Of a stretch of DNA of 64,000 nt, positions 28,778 to 38,651 are shown in pieces (within the stretch, counting starts at the first letter, position 1; each line of letters begins with the position of its first letter). Origin of the DNA: Promethearchaeati archaeon (GTDB taxonomy: Archaea > Asgardarchaeota > Heimdallarchaeia > Heimdallarchaeales > Heimdallarchaeaceae). The stretch covers positions 32,001 through 96,000 of the forward strand of contig JABLTJ010000001.1 of assembly GCA_013166775.1 (NCBI GenBank), read 5' to 3'. The position numbers and the translations under genes were made by a program. The notes under the pieces are model-generated. The model was not told where the DNA came from. It saw only the letters and a list, made by a program, of their open reading frames with translations, and searched no databases.

Positions 28778-29194
28778 ATGGCGAAAAGAAAAACAGTTGG
28801 ACGAACTCAAGTTCATATAACAAAAGGACTAATGGTGGGCTCCAAAATTAGATGTGCAGATAATTCTGGAGCAAGAATAGTGCAAATTATAGCTGTAAAG
28901 CACTATAGAGGAAGACTCAATCGTATCCCTCGTGCCTCCGTATCAGATATGGTTATTGTATCTGTAAAGCAAGGAACTCCTCAAAGAAGAAAACAGATTT
29001 TTTCAGCGGTTGTCGTAAGACAAAAATTAGCTTATCGTCGCCGTTCTGGAGATTGGATTCAATTTGAAGAGAATGCTGTTGTGTTAACAAACGAAGTAGG
29101 GGATCCCATTGGAAGTGAAATTAGAGGACCCATTGCCAAAGAAGCAGCTGAAAAATGGCCAAGGATTGCTCATCAAGCATCCATTATAGTTTAG
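28778..29194 (+). CDS. rpl14: 50S ribosomal protein uL14
   Basis: CADNSGA, FEENAVV, GPIAKE. Confidence 0.97.
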   Translation: MAKRKTVGRTQVHITKGLMVGSKIRCADNSGARIVQIIAVKHYRGRLNRIPRASVSDMVIVSVKQGTPQRRKQIFSAVVVRQKLAYRRRSGDWIQFEENAVVLTNEVGDPIGSEIRGPIAKEAAEKWPRIAHQASIIV

Positions 29195-29205
29195 GAGTGA
29201 TGAAG

Positions 29206-29766
29206 ATGACAGCAATAAAAACAAAACAACCACGAAAACAACGTAAAAGATACTTCAAAGCTCCTTATCACATTCGAAACAGAATGATGACAGCTCCACT
29301 CTCTGATGCACTTAGAGAAAAATATGGCGTTCGTCGTCTTCCAGTTCATAGGGATGACAAAATTGTGGTTTTCAAAAACAAATCAGGCGATGAGGAAATC
29401 AAAGGAAAAGTAATTAAAGTTTTACCTCAACAATACGCAATTCATATTGAAGGACATAGTAAAGAGAAAGCTGATGGTACCATTGTTAGTTTTCCTGTTC
29501 ATCCAAGCAATGTTGTAATTACTTCTTTACATTTAAGAGATAGAAAACGTAGAGAAATGATTCAGCGACGTTCAAGGAAGGAGCTTACTGAAGAAGAGTT
29601 GACTGCGGGAATATATGATGATGAGGAAGAGTTAGAAGAAACTCTTGAAGATCATGACATCCCTGAGGAAGAAGATCTATTTGAAGAATTTGAAGAATTA
29701 GAAGCTGATGACTCTGCAGCGGTTGAAGACTCTACAGAAGCTGAAAAAGAGGAGGTGTCATCATGA
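29206..29766 (+). CDS. rpl24: 50S ribosomal protein uL24 with acidic C-terminal tail
   Basis: KQPRKQRK..APYH, LREKYG, HPSNV. Confidence 0.95.
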   Translation: MTAIKTKQPRKQRKRYFKAPYHIRNRMMTAPLSDALREKYGVRRLPVHRDDKIVVFKNKSGDEEIKGKVIKVLPQQYAIHIEGHSKEKADGTIVSFPVHPSNVVITSLHLRDRKRREMIQRRSRKELTEEELTAGIYDDEEELEETLEDHDIPEEEDLFEEFEELEADDSAAVEDSTEAEKEEVSS

Positions 29767-30530
29767 CAAAAAGTGGTAGCAAAAGACATCTAAAGAGATA
29801 TATGGTTTCTAAACATATTCCTGTTTCCAAGAAAGAATTCAAGTATACAGTTAAACCAGCTCCGGGACCACATGCAGCAGATGATTGTATCCCTATAGCA
29901 ATTTTGCTCAGAGATATGTTCAACTACGCTCGAAACATGAGTGAAATAAAGAGAATTTTATACGAACGAAATGTAGTTGTAGATGGGAGAGTAAAAACAA
30001 ATAGAAAACATCCTTTAGGATTTATGGATGTACTTTCATTCCCAAAAATAAACGAGCACTATAGGTTGATTTACTTGCCAAAAATGGGACTTAGAACCGT
30101 TCCAATAACTGAAAACGAAATGAATGTAAAACTGTGTCAAATCAAAAATAAGACTACAATAAAAGGAGGATTGACTCAAATAAATCTTCATGATGGTCGA
30201 AACATAATTTTAAGTCCAGAAGATTCAAAAAACCAATCCTATTATACTCATAACACATTGAAAATATCCATTCCAGACCAGAAAATACTAGAAAGCTATG
30301 AATTGAAAATTGGCAATTATGGTTTTGTTACAAGTGGTAGATGGATGGGTAAGCACGGGATTATTGAAGAAATAAGTAGTCATGGAACAAAGAAAACACG
30401 AACAGTGACATTAAACACATCTGAAGGAGAAAAATTAGTTACTCTGTACCGGTATATCTTTGTTGTTGGAGCTGAATCTCCAAGTGTAACTATTGAAGGC
30501 AAGAAGATAAAGGTGAAAGCTAATGAGTGA
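29763..30530 (+). CDS. rps4e: 30S ribosomal protein eS4
   Basis: HLKR, PGPH, VDGRV, GFMDV, QINLHDGRN. Confidence 0.96.
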   Translation: MTKSGSKRHLKRYMVSKHIPVSKKEFKYTVKPAPGPHAADDCIPIAILLRDMFNYARNMSEIKRILYERNVVVDGRVKTNRKHPLGFMDVLSFPKINEHYRLIYLPKMGLRTVPITENEMNVKLCQIKNKTTIKGGLTQINLHDGRNIILSPEDSKNQSYYTHNTLKISIPDQKILESYELKIGNYGFVTSGRWMGKHGIIEEISSHGTKKTRTVTLNTSEGEKLVTLYRYIFVVGAESPSVTIEGKKIKVKANE

Positions 30531-31089
30531 TGAAGCTGTAGAACAAGAGACTTTTGTACCTCAATTTGCTGAGGAGTGGGAAAAAAGTCCAATGAAAAAA
30601 CCTCGATTAACTGCTTTAATTATTAATGCTTCTATTGGTGAATCAGGACCAAGATTCGAAAGAGCAAAAGAGATTTTGCGACAGATTACAAACAAAGAAC
30701 CAGCGGATAGACATGCTAAAGAAAGTGTTAGAGGTTTCAATATCAGAAAAGGAGAACCCATAGCTGCTTTAGTTACATTAAGAGGAGAAGATGCTAAAAC
30801 AATGCTAAAAAGATTGCTTTACGCTTATGATTATATCTTAAAAGCAAATTCTTTTGATAATCAAGGAAACTTTGCCTTTGGTATAAACGAACATGTCGAT
30901 ATCGAAAATGCACCATTTGATCCAATGTTAGGAACTATAGGATTCAATGTAGTTGTAAAACTGGAAAGATCTGGTTATAGATTGAAGTATAGACAAAGAA
31001 AAAGAAAGAAGATCCCCAAAAAACATTTGTTAAATCCATCAGAAGCAATGGAGTTTATGAGGACAGAGTTTGGGGTGAAGATAATTTAG
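30523..31089 (+). CDS. rpl5: 50S ribosomal protein uL5
   Basis: FNIRKGEPI, FDNQGNFAFGINEH. Confidence 0.96.
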   Translation: MSDEAVEQETFVPQFAEEWEKSPMKKPRLTALIINASIGESGPRFERAKEILRQITNKEPADRHAKESVRGFNIRKGEPIAALVTLRGEDAKTMLKRLLYAYDYILKANSFDNQGNFAFGINEHVDIENAPFDPMLGTIGFNVVVKLERSGYRLKYRQRKRKKIPKKHLLNPSEAMEFMRTEFGVKII

Positions 31090-31099
31090 GTGACGGAAA

Positions 31100-31267
31100 A
31101 TGCAAAAAAGAAGAGAAATTAACTATGGAAAAGGATCTCGAACCTGCAGACGTTGCGGAACACACAAAGCTATTATTAGGCGAGGTGGTTTGTCTGTCTG
31201 TAGAAGATGTATTAGAGAAATTTACACCAAAATAGGCTTCAGAAAAACAGGAAGTCGTGGAGGATAA
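31100..31267 (+). CDS. rps14: 30S ribosomal protein uS14 (55 aa, not in ORF track)
   Basis: Manual translation ...YGKGSRTCRRCG...VCRRCIRE...IGFRK. Confidence 0.95.
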   Translation: MQKRREINYGKGSRTCRRCGTHKAIIRRGGLSVCRRCIREIYTKIGFRKTGSRGG

Positions 31268-31279
31268 GGAGGTAATAAT

Positions 31280-31669
31280 ATGCAAATGGATACACTATCA
31301 GATGCTTTAACTGCAATCTTGAATGCTGAAAAGACAGGAAAGAAAACCGTCACTGTTAAACCTGCAAGCAAGATAATCGCTAATGTACTAAGAACTGTAC
31401 AAAGAGCAGGATATCTCGGCGAGTTAGAATATATAGAAAATCATAGAGGGGGCATGTTCGATATCCAACTTCTTGGACGAATAAACAAATGTGGAGTTAT
31501 CAAACCTCGTTTTCCTGTTAAAAAGGATAAATTTGAAGAAGAAGAAAGGAAATATCTACCTGCTAGAGGTTTTGGGATTATAGTAGTTACTACTCCAGAA
31601 GGAGTTATGAGCCACGAAGATGCAAAAGAAAAAGGAATTGGAGGACGTCTATTAGCCTATATGTTCTGA
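31280..31669 (+). CDS. rps8: 30S ribosomal protein uS8
   Basis: GRINKCGVIKPRF, LPARGFG, GGRLLAY. Confidence 0.97.
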   Translation: MQMDTLSDALTAILNAEKTGKKTVTVKPASKIIANVLRTVQRAGYLGELEYIENHRGGMFDIQLLGRINKCGVIKPRFPVKKDKFEEEERKYLPARGFGIIVVTTPEGVMSHEDAKEKGIGGRLLAYMF

Positions 31670-31678
31670 GGTGATTAC

Positions 31679-32230
31679 ATGCAACAATTATATTTAAAAA
31701 GGGATATTGAATTGCCGGAAGATGTTACTATTACACTGAAAGATAATGTTGTAACAGCAGAAGGAGCTAAAGGAAAACTCACACGAGATTTCTCTGATTT
31801 CGATGTAGAATTGAAGAAAACGAAGACAAAAGTCAACGTTAAAGCTTATTTCATCAACAAGAAAAAGAAAGCTAAAGCATTAGCTTTAGTAGGCTATATT
31901 CAAAACATGATTAAGGGAGTAACTGAAGGGTATATTTACAAATCAAAAATAGTCTATAGTCACTTTCCCATCACAGTGGAACCAGATAATAAGAAGAAGA
32001 CTGTAGCCATAAAGAATCTATATGGTGGTCGGAAACAAATTAACGTTCCAATTATTGGCGAAGAAACAACTGTGAAAGTGGAAAAAGACGATGTAATAAT
32101 TGAAGGAATAGATAAGCAAGCTGTTGGACAGACAACTGCCAATATGCAAGAAGCTTGTAGATTGAGAGGTAAGCGCAGAAAAGATCCTGAAACTTTTCTT
32201 GATGGAGTCTGGCGTTGGGATCGAAATTAA
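31679..32230 (+). CDS. rpl6: 50S ribosomal protein uL6
   Basis: NMIKGVTEG, YSHFP, KDPETFLDG. Confidence 0.96.
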   Translation: MQQLYLKRDIELPEDVTITLKDNVVTAEGAKGKLTRDFSDFDVELKKTKTKVNVKAYFINKKKKAKALALVGYIQNMIKGVTEGYIYKSKIVYSHFPITVEPDNKKKTVAIKNLYGGRKQINVPIIGEETTVKVEKDDVIIEGIDKQAVGQTTANMQEACRLRGKRRKDPETFLDGVWRWDRN

Positions 32231-32383
32231 TACAATTTCTTCATTTCACCACACTCTTTTTTTTTCCTAGATTTATCACTTATTTTTTCACTTATGAATT
32301 TCTTAACAATAACAAGTATTAAAAAGTCCATTAGAAGTGATAGCATAATACTTTGATAAGGTAACATTCTACTGTGAGTCCCT

Positions 32384-32923
32384 ATGACAGTTGATAAAAA
32401 GAAATTACTGAAAAAGCGCAAAGAAATAAGCGCGAGAAGGCCTAAATTTGTCAGACAAGAGAGCTGGCGCTATAATCGAGTTAAGAAAAGTTGGAGAAAA
32501 CCAAAAGGAATAGATAATAAAATGAAAGAAAAACGCAAAGGAGTTCCTCGAATGGTTAAAATCGGTTATAGAGGGCCTAAAAATGTCAGAGGTCTACATC
32601 CTTCCGGTTATCAAGTAGTTCATGTTGCCAATGTTTACGAGCTTGATTACATCGATAAAGAAACAGAAGCTGTTATGATTAAACATACAGTAGGTGGAAG
32701 AAAAAAACAACTAATTCTTGATAATGCATCAGATATGGGGTTGAAAATCCTGAATCCACCTGCAAGAATTGAAGAAATCGGAGATATACTCGATGAAGCC
32801 GTACTTGATGAAGAATATGAACTGCTTGATGAAGATTTAGAGGAAGAATTCGAAGAAGATTTCGAATTAGATGAAAATCTCAAATTGGATGAAGAAGATA
32901 AATCAGAAGAGGAGTCTTCTTGA
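32384..32923 (+). CDS. rpl32e: 50S ribosomal protein eL32 with acidic tail
   Basis: FVRQES, WRKPKGIDNK, RGLHPSG. Confidence 0.96.
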   Translation: MTVDKKKLLKKRKEISARRPKFVRQESWRYNRVKKSWRKPKGIDNKMKEKRKGVPRMVKIGYRGPKNVRGLHPSGYQVVHVANVYELDYIDKETEAVMIKHTVGGRKKQLILDNASDMGLKILNPPARIEEIGDILDEAVLDEEYELLDEDLEEEFEEDFELDENLKLDEEDKSEEESS

Positions 32924-32948
32924 TAAAACTAAGTAACAGGTGTTATTA

Positions 32949-33413
32949 ATGGATGTTAAAACACAAAGAAGAATAGCAGCTAAAATAATGAAAATTGGCG
33001 TAAACCGAGTAAAGATTGATCCGGATAGTCTAGCTGACATTTCTCTTGCTATTACAAGAGAAGATGTTAGACGTCATATAGATGATGGTGATATTAAGAA
33101 AAGAAAAATTAAGGGAGTAAGCCGAGGTCGAGCAAGAGCCGTTGCAATTAAGAAGAAGAGAGGACAAAGAATTGGTCCTGGAAGTCGAAAAGGTCCAAAA
33201 TATTCTCGCCTTTCAAGTAAAACAAGATGGATACATAAAATCAGAGCACAAAGAAAGTATCTTCAACAATTGAGAGATGAGGGATATATTGATACTCTTA
33301 ACTATCGAAAATTATACCTTCAAGCAAAAGGAGGTTTATTCCGATCAGTTAGATATCTAAGGACCTATATTGCAGAGCACGGATTAGCCAAAAAACGTCT
33401 TCCTGAGTTATAA
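32949..33413 (+). CDS. rpl19e: 50S ribosomal protein eL19
   Basis: QRRIAA, AITREDVR, GPGSRKG, YRKLY.AKGG. Confidence 0.96.
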   Translation: MDVKTQRRIAAKIMKIGVNRVKIDPDSLADISLAITREDVRRHIDDGDIKKRKIKGVSRGRARAVAIKKKRGQRIGPGSRKGPKYSRLSSKTRWIHKIRAQRKYLQQLRDEGYIDTLNYRKLYLQAKGGLFRSVRYLRTYIAEHGLAKKRLPEL

Positions 33414-33426
33414 AAGGGTGGTAAAT

Positions 33427-34071
33427 ATGTCAAAAAGAAGAAGAAAAGGTATCAGAAAGAAAAGAAAATTACAACCTAAAAAACGAAGATATGGACCACT
33501 CTATCGAGTTCCTTTCAGAAGACGTAGAGAAATGAAAACTGATTATCAGCAACGTAAAAGACTCTTGAAATCAGGAAAGATAAGGTTTGTTGCACGCCCC
33601 TCAAACAAACAGGTTTTAGTTCAATTTATTGAGTCTAGAATAGGGGGAGATAAGACTTTTGTTCAAATCAGTTCATCTGATTTGAAAGATTATGGTTGGA
33701 CAATCTCAACTTCGAACCTCCCAGCAGCCTATCTAACTGGCTACCTTGCTGGAAAGAAAGCTCTCCAATCAAAAATCAAGGAAGCTATTCTGGATATCGG
33801 GATTCATACAGCAAATCCTGGTACTAGGATTTTCGCTACTTTGAAGGGAGTAGTTGATGCAGGAGTAGATGTTCCTTATAATGAGAGAATGCTACCATCT
33901 GAAGATAGAATTAAAGGCGAACATATTAAGTCATATGCAAAGATACTAGCTAAAGAGGATAAAGAGAAATACGATAAACACTTTTCAAATTATCTCAAAG
34001 TTGACATTAAACCTGAAGATTTGCCTAATTTGTTTAAAGAAACAAAAACAAAGATAGATTCAGTGGATTAA
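33427..34071 (+). CDS. rpl18: 50S ribosomal protein uL18
   Basis: FRRRREMKTDY, NLPAAYLTG, ILDIG. Confidence 0.96.
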   Translation: MSKRRRKGIRKKRKLQPKKRRYGPLYRVPFRRRREMKTDYQQRKRLLKSGKIRFVARPSNKQVLVQFIESRIGGDKTFVQISSSDLKDYGWTISTSNLPAAYLTGYLAGKKALQSKIKEAILDIGIHTANPGTRIFATLKGVVDAGVDVPYNERMLPSEDRIKGEHIKSYAKILAKEDKEKYDKHFSNYLKVDIKPEDLPNLFKETKTKIDSVD

Positions 34072-34082
34072 GGTGAAAAAAA

Positions 34083-34727
34083 ATGAGTAGAAATTTATAC
34101 TTTGATTTAGATGAGTGGGAACCAAGAACTAGAGTAGGTAGGTTAGTAAAAGAAGGAAGAATAACAACTATAGATGAACTCTTTCAACAAGGACTCCCGC
34201 TTGTTGAACCTGAAATAGTAGATCTTCTGTTTGGAGATACTTTAGAGGATGATGTAATAGATATTAGTCTTGTTCAAAGACAAACAGACGCAGGAAGAAA
34301 ACGTAAATTCCGTGCTACTGTTGTTGTAGGTAATAAAAACGGATATGTTGGTGTTGGTGAAGCTAAGCTAAAAGAAATTGGTCCAGCAATCAAGAAAGCA
34401 ATGATCAATGCAAAACTTAACATCAGACCAATAAGGAGAGGATGTGGATCATGGGAATGTACTTGTGGTACTCCTCATACTGTCCCCTATAAAGTTAAAG
34501 GAAAAGTTGGTTCAACAGAAGTGATAATTTATCCTGCACCAAGAGGGTTAGGATTAGTTACAGGTAATACTGCGAAAACTGTTCTGGAATTAGCAGGAAT
34601 ATCTGATGTGTGGAGTAAAACCTTTGGTGAAACAAGAACTACATCGAATTTTGCTAAAGCAACATTCGAAGCTCTAAAAAATACATATTCAATCATGGCT
34701 CCGTATGATTGGACAAGGCAAAGGTGA
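34083..34727 (+). CDS. rps5: 30S ribosomal protein uS5
   Basis: [26 protein letters not shown]. Confidence 0.97.
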   Translation: MSRNLYFDLDEWEPRTRVGRLVKEGRITTIDELFQQGLPLVEPEIVDLLFGDTLEDDVIDISLVQRQTDAGRKRKFRATVVVGNKNGYVGVGEAKLKEIGPAIKKAMINAKLNIRPIRRGCGSWECTCGTPHTVPYKVKGKVGSTEVIIYPAPRGLGLVTGNTAKTVLELAGISDVWSKTFGETRTTSNFAKATFEALKNTYSIMAPYDWTRQR

Positions 34728-34732
34728 AGAAG

Positions 34733-35221
34733 ATGAGTCAAGTAAAAAATGAATCTGATTTACTAGCGGTAATCCGATTAAAAGGTCAAATTAATGTAAA
34801 TTACAAAATACAAGCAACCTTGGATATGTTAAATGTCAGAAGAACCAATTATATGACTTTAATCCCTAATACTCCAACTTATCTTGGAATGTTGAAAAAA
34901 GCTCAGAACTTCATTACATGGGGAGAAATTAGTCAAGATATTCTAAAACATGTTTTAGAAAAAAGAGGAGAAATAGCTGGTAGAAAAAAATTAACTAACA
35001 AACACCTCAAAGAGCATACAGAATATTCAACTATAATTGAATTATCAAAGGCTTTACACAAAGGAGAAGTAACCATAGGGGATATACCTGAATTGAAAAA
35101 ATTCTTTAGACTCCATCCTGCTAGAAAAGGATATCGTGGAATCAAAAAGGGATTCGCTGAAGGTGGCGAAGTAGGTTATAGAGGTAAAGCTATAAACGAA
35201 CTAATTGTGAGGATGGCTTGA
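34733..35221 (+). CDS. rpl30: 50S ribosomal protein uL30
   Basis: AVIRLKG, ITWGE, FRLHPARKG, GYRG. Confidence 0.95.
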   Translation: MSQVKNESDLLAVIRLKGQINVNYKIQATLDMLNVRRTNYMTLIPNTPTYLGMLKKAQNFITWGEISQDILKHVLEKRGEIAGRKKLTNKHLKEHTEYSTIIELSKALHKGEVTIGDIPELKKFFRLHPARKGYRGIKKGFAEGGEVGYRGKAINELIVRMA

Positions 35222-35226
35222 TAAGA

Positions 35227-35670
35227 ATGACAGTGCGAACAAAAAGGAAAGGAAGGAAACATCGTGGTTCAAGAACCCATGGATGGGGAATAGTTAGGAC
35301 ACATCGAAAGAGTGGAATGAGAGGTGGAGTAGGTAACGCAGGTGCTAAATCTCATCACTGGATATTGACAGTCAAAGGAATGAGACCCCCCATTGGTAAG
35401 CATGGTTTCAAACGCCCTCAAAAAAGACAAAAGAAAGACAAAACCATTAACATATCACACGTTGAAGCAATGTTACCTTCTCTTATTGATGATGGAATAG
35501 CAACAAAAAAGGGTAATACTTACCAAATTAATCTATCTGAATTAGGTTATAAGAAGTTGCTTGCACAAGGAGAAATTGGAAGTCCTTTAAATCTTATAAT
35601 TGAATCAGCTAGTGAGAGAGCGATTGAAAAGATAAAAGGTGCTGGGGGCAAAGTAACTCTCCAAAAATAA
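35227..35670 (+). CDS. rpl15: 50S ribosomal protein uL15
   Basis: RGSRTHGWG, RGGVGNAG, GKHGF, KIKGAGG. Confidence 0.96.
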   Translation: MTVRTKRKGRKHRGSRTHGWGIVRTHRKSGMRGGVGNAGAKSHHWILTVKGMRPPIGKHGFKRPQKRQKKDKTINISHVEAMLPSLIDDGIATKKGNTYQINLSELGYKKLLAQGEIGSPLNLIIESASERAIEKIKGAGGKVTLQK

Positions 35671-35704
35671 GCATTCTTTCTTATAAACAAACAATTTTTT
35701 TCTT

Positions 35705-36718
35705 TTATTTTTCTTTCTTCTGGCTAGGGTAAGTATTTCTCCCCATTAGAACCTTCTTTACACTAGCAATAAGTCCCTGCTCTTTTTCTTCTAGCTTATT
35801 TGAATCTATTTGAGCTTCACCTAAAGCAATTAATTCATGCTTTAAAGAGAAAATAGCTATTAAATCTCCCTTTTGGAAATTATTTGTATACTTTGATACG
35901 CCTGGTAGAGCCAATGGTGCACCATGACACAATGTATCAACAGTTGTATCTTTAACAAATATTTTCGATAAATGTTTTACACCATATTCCATAGGTAAAA
36001 TAATGTTTCTTAGTGGTATTTCATCTCTCTCCTCCTTATACCATTCAAAAGCATCATATAAGTCTTGAAGAGTGGTTAGGAAATTATCTTCATTAAAAGG
36101 TCCTGTGGTTATTCTTCTTAATTCTTTCATGTGTGCTCCACATGATAAACTCTGACCAATATCGTGACAGAGTTTACGTATATAGGTACCTGCTTGACAT
36201 TTTACTCTGAAAAGAACCTCCATTTCTTTGATCTCGAATACATCTATTTCATAGATTTTCCTAACCCTTAGTACTCTTTTTACACTTGCTCTTACAGGTG
36301 GCCTTTGGTAAATGTCACCAACATATTCTTTCATTATTAAATGTAGCCTCTCCTCTTCTAATTCCCTATGTAATCTCATATTACAGACGTATTCCTTGCC
36401 AGATAAAAGAAGCGTATTGAGTATCCTTGTAGCTTTTCCCAAAGCTACGGGTAGAACTCCAGTTACTTGGGGATCCAATGTTCCTGAATGTCCGGCTTTA
36501 GGAATATCGAGAATTTTTTTTATGTAACTAACTACCTCGTGACTAGTTGGTCTTGCTGGTTTGTCGATATTTATAATTCCATAATCCAGCAGTTCCTCAA
36601 TTGAACGTTGCTGAGGTATTTTACCCCATTTAAAATCAGTTGTTTCACTGGATAATGTAATTAAATCTTCTTTCTCATTTTCTAGGAAAATTTGTTGAAG
36701 TGAAAAATTTATTGGCAT
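35705..36718 (-). CDS. cbf5: H/ACA pseudouridine synthase Cbf5
   Basis: GHSGTLDP, QRPP, GTYIRKLCHDIG; PUA domain. Confidence 0.96.
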   Translation of the reverse strand: MPINFSLQQIFLENEKEDLITLSSETTDFKWGKIPQQRSIEELLDYGIINIDKPARPTSHEVVSYIKKILDIPKAGHSGTLDPQVTGVLPVALGKATRILNTLLLSGKEYVCNMRLHRELEEERLHLIMKEYVGDIYQRPPVRASVKRVLRVRKIYEIDVFEIKEMEVLFRVKCQAGTYIRKLCHDIGQSLSCGAHMKELRRITTGPFNEDNFLTTLQDLYDAFEWYKEERDEIPLRNIILPMEYGVKHLSKIFVKDTTVDTLCHGAPLALPGVSKYTNNFQKGDLIAIFSLKHELIALGEAQIDSNKLEEKEQGLIASVKKVLMGRNTYPSQKKEK

Positions 36719-36769
36719 CTTATCACCGAAATTAGATAGAGAAATTAGGGAATTAAAGAAAAATCCTCT

Positions 36770-37045
36770 TTAAGGAACAATCTTTTCTTCCATATATTTT
36801 TTTAGATTAGCTTTTTCAATTGCGGCGATTACTTCTTCATCAGTGGCATCACGTTTTATTGCAACTGTCTTATCTGTGGGTTCCACATGTCCTATATTAC
36901 AACGACGACGTTTAACTGATGAGAGTGATTTTGGACCAGTAAGTAACACAAAGTTCTGGTTTACTAAATCAACTATCACTGCCTTCTTTCCTGCCTCTCT
37001 TCCATTTGTTTTTACAATAATTCTTCCTACTTGAATTGCTGTCAT
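36770..37045 (-). CDS. rpl14e: 50S ribosomal protein eL14
   Basis: GRIIVKTNGREAG, VKRRRCNI.H.EPT. Confidence 0.95.
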   Translation of the reverse strand: MTAIQVGRIIVKTNGREAGKKAVIVDLVNQNFVLLTGPKSLSSVKRRRCNIGHVEPTDKTVAIKRDATDEEVIAAIEKANLKKYMEEKIVP

Positions 37046-37596
37046 TTAATTTCACCTTTTATTATTTTTTTTACTGCTGTCATAATAATCTGAACGCAAT
37101 CAGTTGCATCGAATTTATTCGAGTTGACTATTATATCATAGATAGATAAATCTGAAATATCTATATTATACAGTTTTTGATATCGTTCTTTTTCAGATTT
37201 TTCCCTAGTTAAAGTTTCTGTTTTTATAGTATCAATTGATTTTTTCTCTCTTAGAACCATACGTTGAATTCTAACATCTAGGGGCGCAGTAATATAGACG
37301 AGTAAATCTGCTATATCTTTTAGAACCCAACCCCCCAATTGAGCATCGATAACAATATTATCTTCTGCTTTTGCAATTTCCAAGGTTCTATCATCAATAA
37401 ATCTATCAATCTCCTCCCTTTTTTCTGCAATCTTACTGAATTCTTCGATGTTCTTACCTTCTTCTCTAGCCATATCCCTAAACAACTCGCCTGCAGAGAC
37501 ATATTTATACTTAAGCTGTTCTGCAATTCTTTGAGCTGCTGTACTTTTTCCGGAACCATGAGGACCTGAAACTGCAATGATTTGCAAGGTAGCCAC
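37042..37596 (-). CDS. cmk: cytidylate kinase (archaeal)
   Basis: SGPHGSGKST, SAGELFR, RYQKLYNID. Confidence 0.92.
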   Translation of the reverse strand: MATLQIIAVSGPHGSGKSTAAQRIAEQLKYKYVSAGELFRDMAREEGKNIEEFSKIAEKREEIDRFIDDRTLEIAKAEDNIVIDAQLGGWVLKDIADLLVYITAPLDVRIQRMVLREKKSIDTIKTETLTREKSEKERYQKLYNIDISDLSIYDIIVNSNKFDATDCVQIIMTAVKKIIKGEIK

Positions 37597-37601
37597 TTCC
37601 T

Positions 37602-37865
37602 CTATGACGTTACTCGAGCTTTTGCTTTAATTCCACTTTTTAAGCAACGAGAACACATATATCCCGCATGAACTCTTGTTGGTAAACGCTCTGATTTTGA
37701 TGTTTTTCTTACTTTGCTCTGATGTCCAAAAACAACACCATGCAGATCTGCTCCACATTGTGAACAGTGTGCCTTCTTTGTTTTTTTGTTAATTCTTCTT
37801 ATTTTAGTTTGAGAAGGTGTTCTTACTTTTCGAGTTTTTGCTACACGTAATGAAGGTCTAACCAT
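37602..37865 (-). CDS. rpl34e: 50S ribosomal protein eL34
   Basis: RTP, CSQCG..LHGV, CSRC. Confidence 0.92.
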   Translation of the reverse strand: MVRPSLRVAKTRKVRTPSQTKIRRINKKTKKAHCSQCGADLHGVVFGHQSKVRKTSKSERLPTRVHAGYMCSRCLKSGIKAKARVTS

Positions 37866-37875
37866 TTCTATTTCC

Positions 37876-38556
37876 TCATTTTTTTGCTATATCTTTTGTG
37901 GCTATTCGTTTGGTTTTTGCGAGTTTCTCTTTAGTCACTGAAGTTGGAGTTCTCTTCTTTTCTTGTTTTGGTTTTTTCTTAGTTTGTGTTGCACCAGAAG
38001 GAGTAACACCAAACAATCTAGATATTAGTGATCCAAAAGCAAACGCTGTGATGAAATACCACAATGTAAAAGGAACTTTTGCATACCTAACTCCAGTCGC
38101 AGGATCTGTATATGGTTCAGTCCAACTTACTCCTATCCATGGAAATTCACTTAAGTTAAAGGGAAGCCAAGCATAATAATGACCCGTATATGCCCTGCGA
38201 AGAATAGCAAATAATAACAAGAACGGAATGGTTGTAAAGAGCATAGGTTTCATTCGTTTAAACATCATAGAAGATTGCATTTTCTTAATTCTCTCTTCAT
38301 CTCGTTTAACGCTTAACCATAATTTCTTATCCGCTGATTGCATAGCTTTCTTTCTTCGTTGATTCCAATCATTTACTTTCTGCATACTTTCTTTCAATTC
38401 ATCTACATTGGTTAAAAGTCTTGTAACCGTGGTTGAAAATATTGAAAGCATTATAGCTATAAGTGTAATAACTAACGCTGATGTAGGTCGGTCATTCCAA
38501 TTATTACCTGCAATCCATTGTGCAATAGAATTTAACCATTGATCCCAAAAAGCCAT
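37876..38556 (-). CDS. DUF106 / EMC3-TMCO1-like Oxa1-superfamily insertase
   Basis: TM-coiled-coil-TM layout, MKPMLFT.IP, WYF; adjacent to eL34. Confidence 0.88.
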   Translation of the reverse strand: MAFWDQWLNSIAQWIAGNNWNDRPTSALVITLIAIMLSIFSTTVTRLLTNVDELKESMQKVNDWNQRRKKAMQSADKKLWLSVKRDEERIKKMQSSMMFKRMKPMLFTTIPFLLLFAILRRAYTGHYYAWLPFNLSEFPWIGVSWTEPYTDPATGVRYAKVPFTLWYFITAFAFGSLISRLFGVTPSGATQTKKKPKQEKKRTPTSVTKEKLAKTKRIATKDIAKK

Positions 38557-38651
38557 TTTTAAACCACTTTCAATGCATATGCTTACTTACACCAAATTGG
38601 GGTATATTTTAAAAGCTTTTGTAACTGGAGTTTACTATCCTTACCAAATTC

